Assembly: GCA_904063045.1 (NCBI GenBank)
Contig: CAJFCJ010000004.1
Coordinates: 184,195-248,194, forward strand
Direction: 5' to 3'
DNA: 64,000 nucleotides
Origin: Dimorphilus gyrociliatus
Lineage: Eukaryota; Animalia; Annelida
Shown: piece after piece, positions 62,801 to 64,000 of the stretch
Numbering within the stretch: position 1 is the stretch's first letter
How the letters are laid out: each line of letters begins with the position of its first letter
Notes under the pieces: model-generated
Database searches by the model: none
What the model saw: only the letters and a program-made list of their open reading frames with translations
Told to the model about the DNA's origin: nothing
Translations under genes and position numbers: made by a program

Positions 62801-64000
62801 TATCTCTAATGAAGAATTTCGCCAAGAAATGGAAACCGAAGCGTTAAAAATTACTAATTATTTACTTGATGAACACCCTCCCAAAGAAGTGTTTAGTTCA
62901 GTGGTCGCCTATACTGAATCACCAACGTGGAATGAGGATTTAATTAAATTGTGCCTAAATTTGTATGCTTTGTTGCTACCGTTGAAACATTCTCTAATTC
63001 ACGAGTAAGATATTATGGGACTAAATCTCAAGTATGAAAAATTAATTGATTTATTCTTTTAGGGTAGAGAACATATATCCCAAGATTCCAGCCGAAATGA
63101 AACGAACAGTGTTAAGGAGCCTTGAGATACCAATTCGTAGTATGGGTATGGATTCCCCATACCTTCTTCAATTTGTTGAACAATGTCCCCAAGGCACTGA
63201 GACTCTGGTTACGCGCGTTATTCACGTTCTAACAGAAAGGGTTGCTCCATCCCCAGCTCTTGTTGAAAGAGTAAGGGATTTATATGAAAAGAAAGTATCA
63301 GATGTTCGATTTCTTGTACCTGTTCTGGCCGGTTTAAAGAGAAAAGAAGTATTAGACGCTCTGCCAAAATTTATGCAACTGGCCCCTATTGTACTAAAAG
63401 AAGTTTTTAACAGAGCTTTAGGTGCGTCTCATGGTCAGACTGGACCCTTAAGTGCGTCGGAACTGCTTGTCGCATTGCATAATATAGAATCTTCAAAAAC
63501 CGTTGATGTAAAAATTGTCATTCGATCAATAAGTCTCCTTCTGCAAGAAAAAGCTGTTTGCACTCAGGAATCTATTATTGCTGCTCTGCAGGAATTGGTC
63601 GAGCAAACACCTTTACCTACACTACTAATGCGAACAGCATTACAAGCCTTAAATTTACATCCGAAATTAGCAGGATTCACTATGCAACTGATGCAGAAGC
63701 TAGTACAAAAAAGTGTTTGGAAAAATAAGCGGGTCTGGGAAGGATTTATCGTATGTTGCCAAAGAACGAAACCCCAATGCTTTGGTATATTACTACAGCT
63801 ACCTCCTCCTCAATTAAAATCAATATTTGAAGTGGCTGGAGAGCTGAGAGAAAAATTATTGGAACATGTTAAACAATTTCCCCCACATCAGAAAGCCAGA
63901 ATAGCCAGAGCTATGATGCAAGTTCTTGAAAAGGATCCGGCAGAAGAGCAAAGGCTGGCCGAATTGGCTAAAAAGCAAGAACAAGAACGAATAGCTGAAC
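59892..64000 (+). CDS. SYMPK: Symplekin (3'-end processing scaffold), 3'-partial; spliced
   Basis: DSVNDGIRTHAVKF.E, NLMTCIASLTNIARQRPQFM, NLPPTLAKSQVSSVRK, DVRFLVPVL.GL, VWEGFIVCCQRTKP and LLQLPPPQL. The gene runs off the end of the window. Confidence 0.96.

Noticed and set aside
1-64000. tRNA, rRNA, CRISPR arrays, transposases, reverse transcriptases and U12-type introns
   Set aside because: By eye I found no T-loop/D-loop pairs, rRNA-like sequence, repeat-spacer arrays, TE ORFs or RTATCCTT donor sites at exon ends. A tool-based scan could still find degraded elements.

Overview
This is a 64-kb piece of an AT-rich, very gene-dense animal genome. Introns are mostly about 50-100 nt and intergenic gaps are 0.2-2 kb. 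It looks like a compact invertebrate genome such as the annelid Dimorphilus, but that taxon call is inference only. I read about 24 protein-coding genes, almost all spliced, so the ORF track shows them only as fragments. In order: SCP2-type thiolase, PSAT1, DNAJC21, CCDC24, HDAC1, a RING/B-box TRIM, a FYCO1-like protein, UXS1, a myosin essential light chain, an intronless vWA-domain gene, BCAP31, SNX17, Wntless, C1D, RAMAC, COLGALT, P4HA, Porcupine, MVK, SELENOO, a divergent Slo K+ channel, a BTB-BACK protein, TTC29 and Symplekin (partial). I found no tRNA, rRNA, CRISPR array or clear transposon. The main observations are: (1) the intronless gene joins a vWA domain, through a basic/acidic linker, to a C-terminal domain resembling the plant EFFECTOR OF TRANSCRIPTION (GIY-YIG-like) domain; (2) SELENOO ends in K-I-T-UGA-S-S-stop, followed by a well-formed type II SECIS in the 214-nt gap it shares with convergent MVK; (3) the Slo channel has a GFG filter, lacks the R213-equivalent gating charge and has degenerate Ca2+ sites; (4) functionally related genes sit close together (Wntless with Porcupine; COLGALT head-to-head with P4HA); (5) an 18-bp element is nearly identical upstream of CCDC24 and TTC29; (6) the UXS1 stem is built from three repeated symmetric exons. 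Gene and domain names come from my recognition of motifs, not from database searches.
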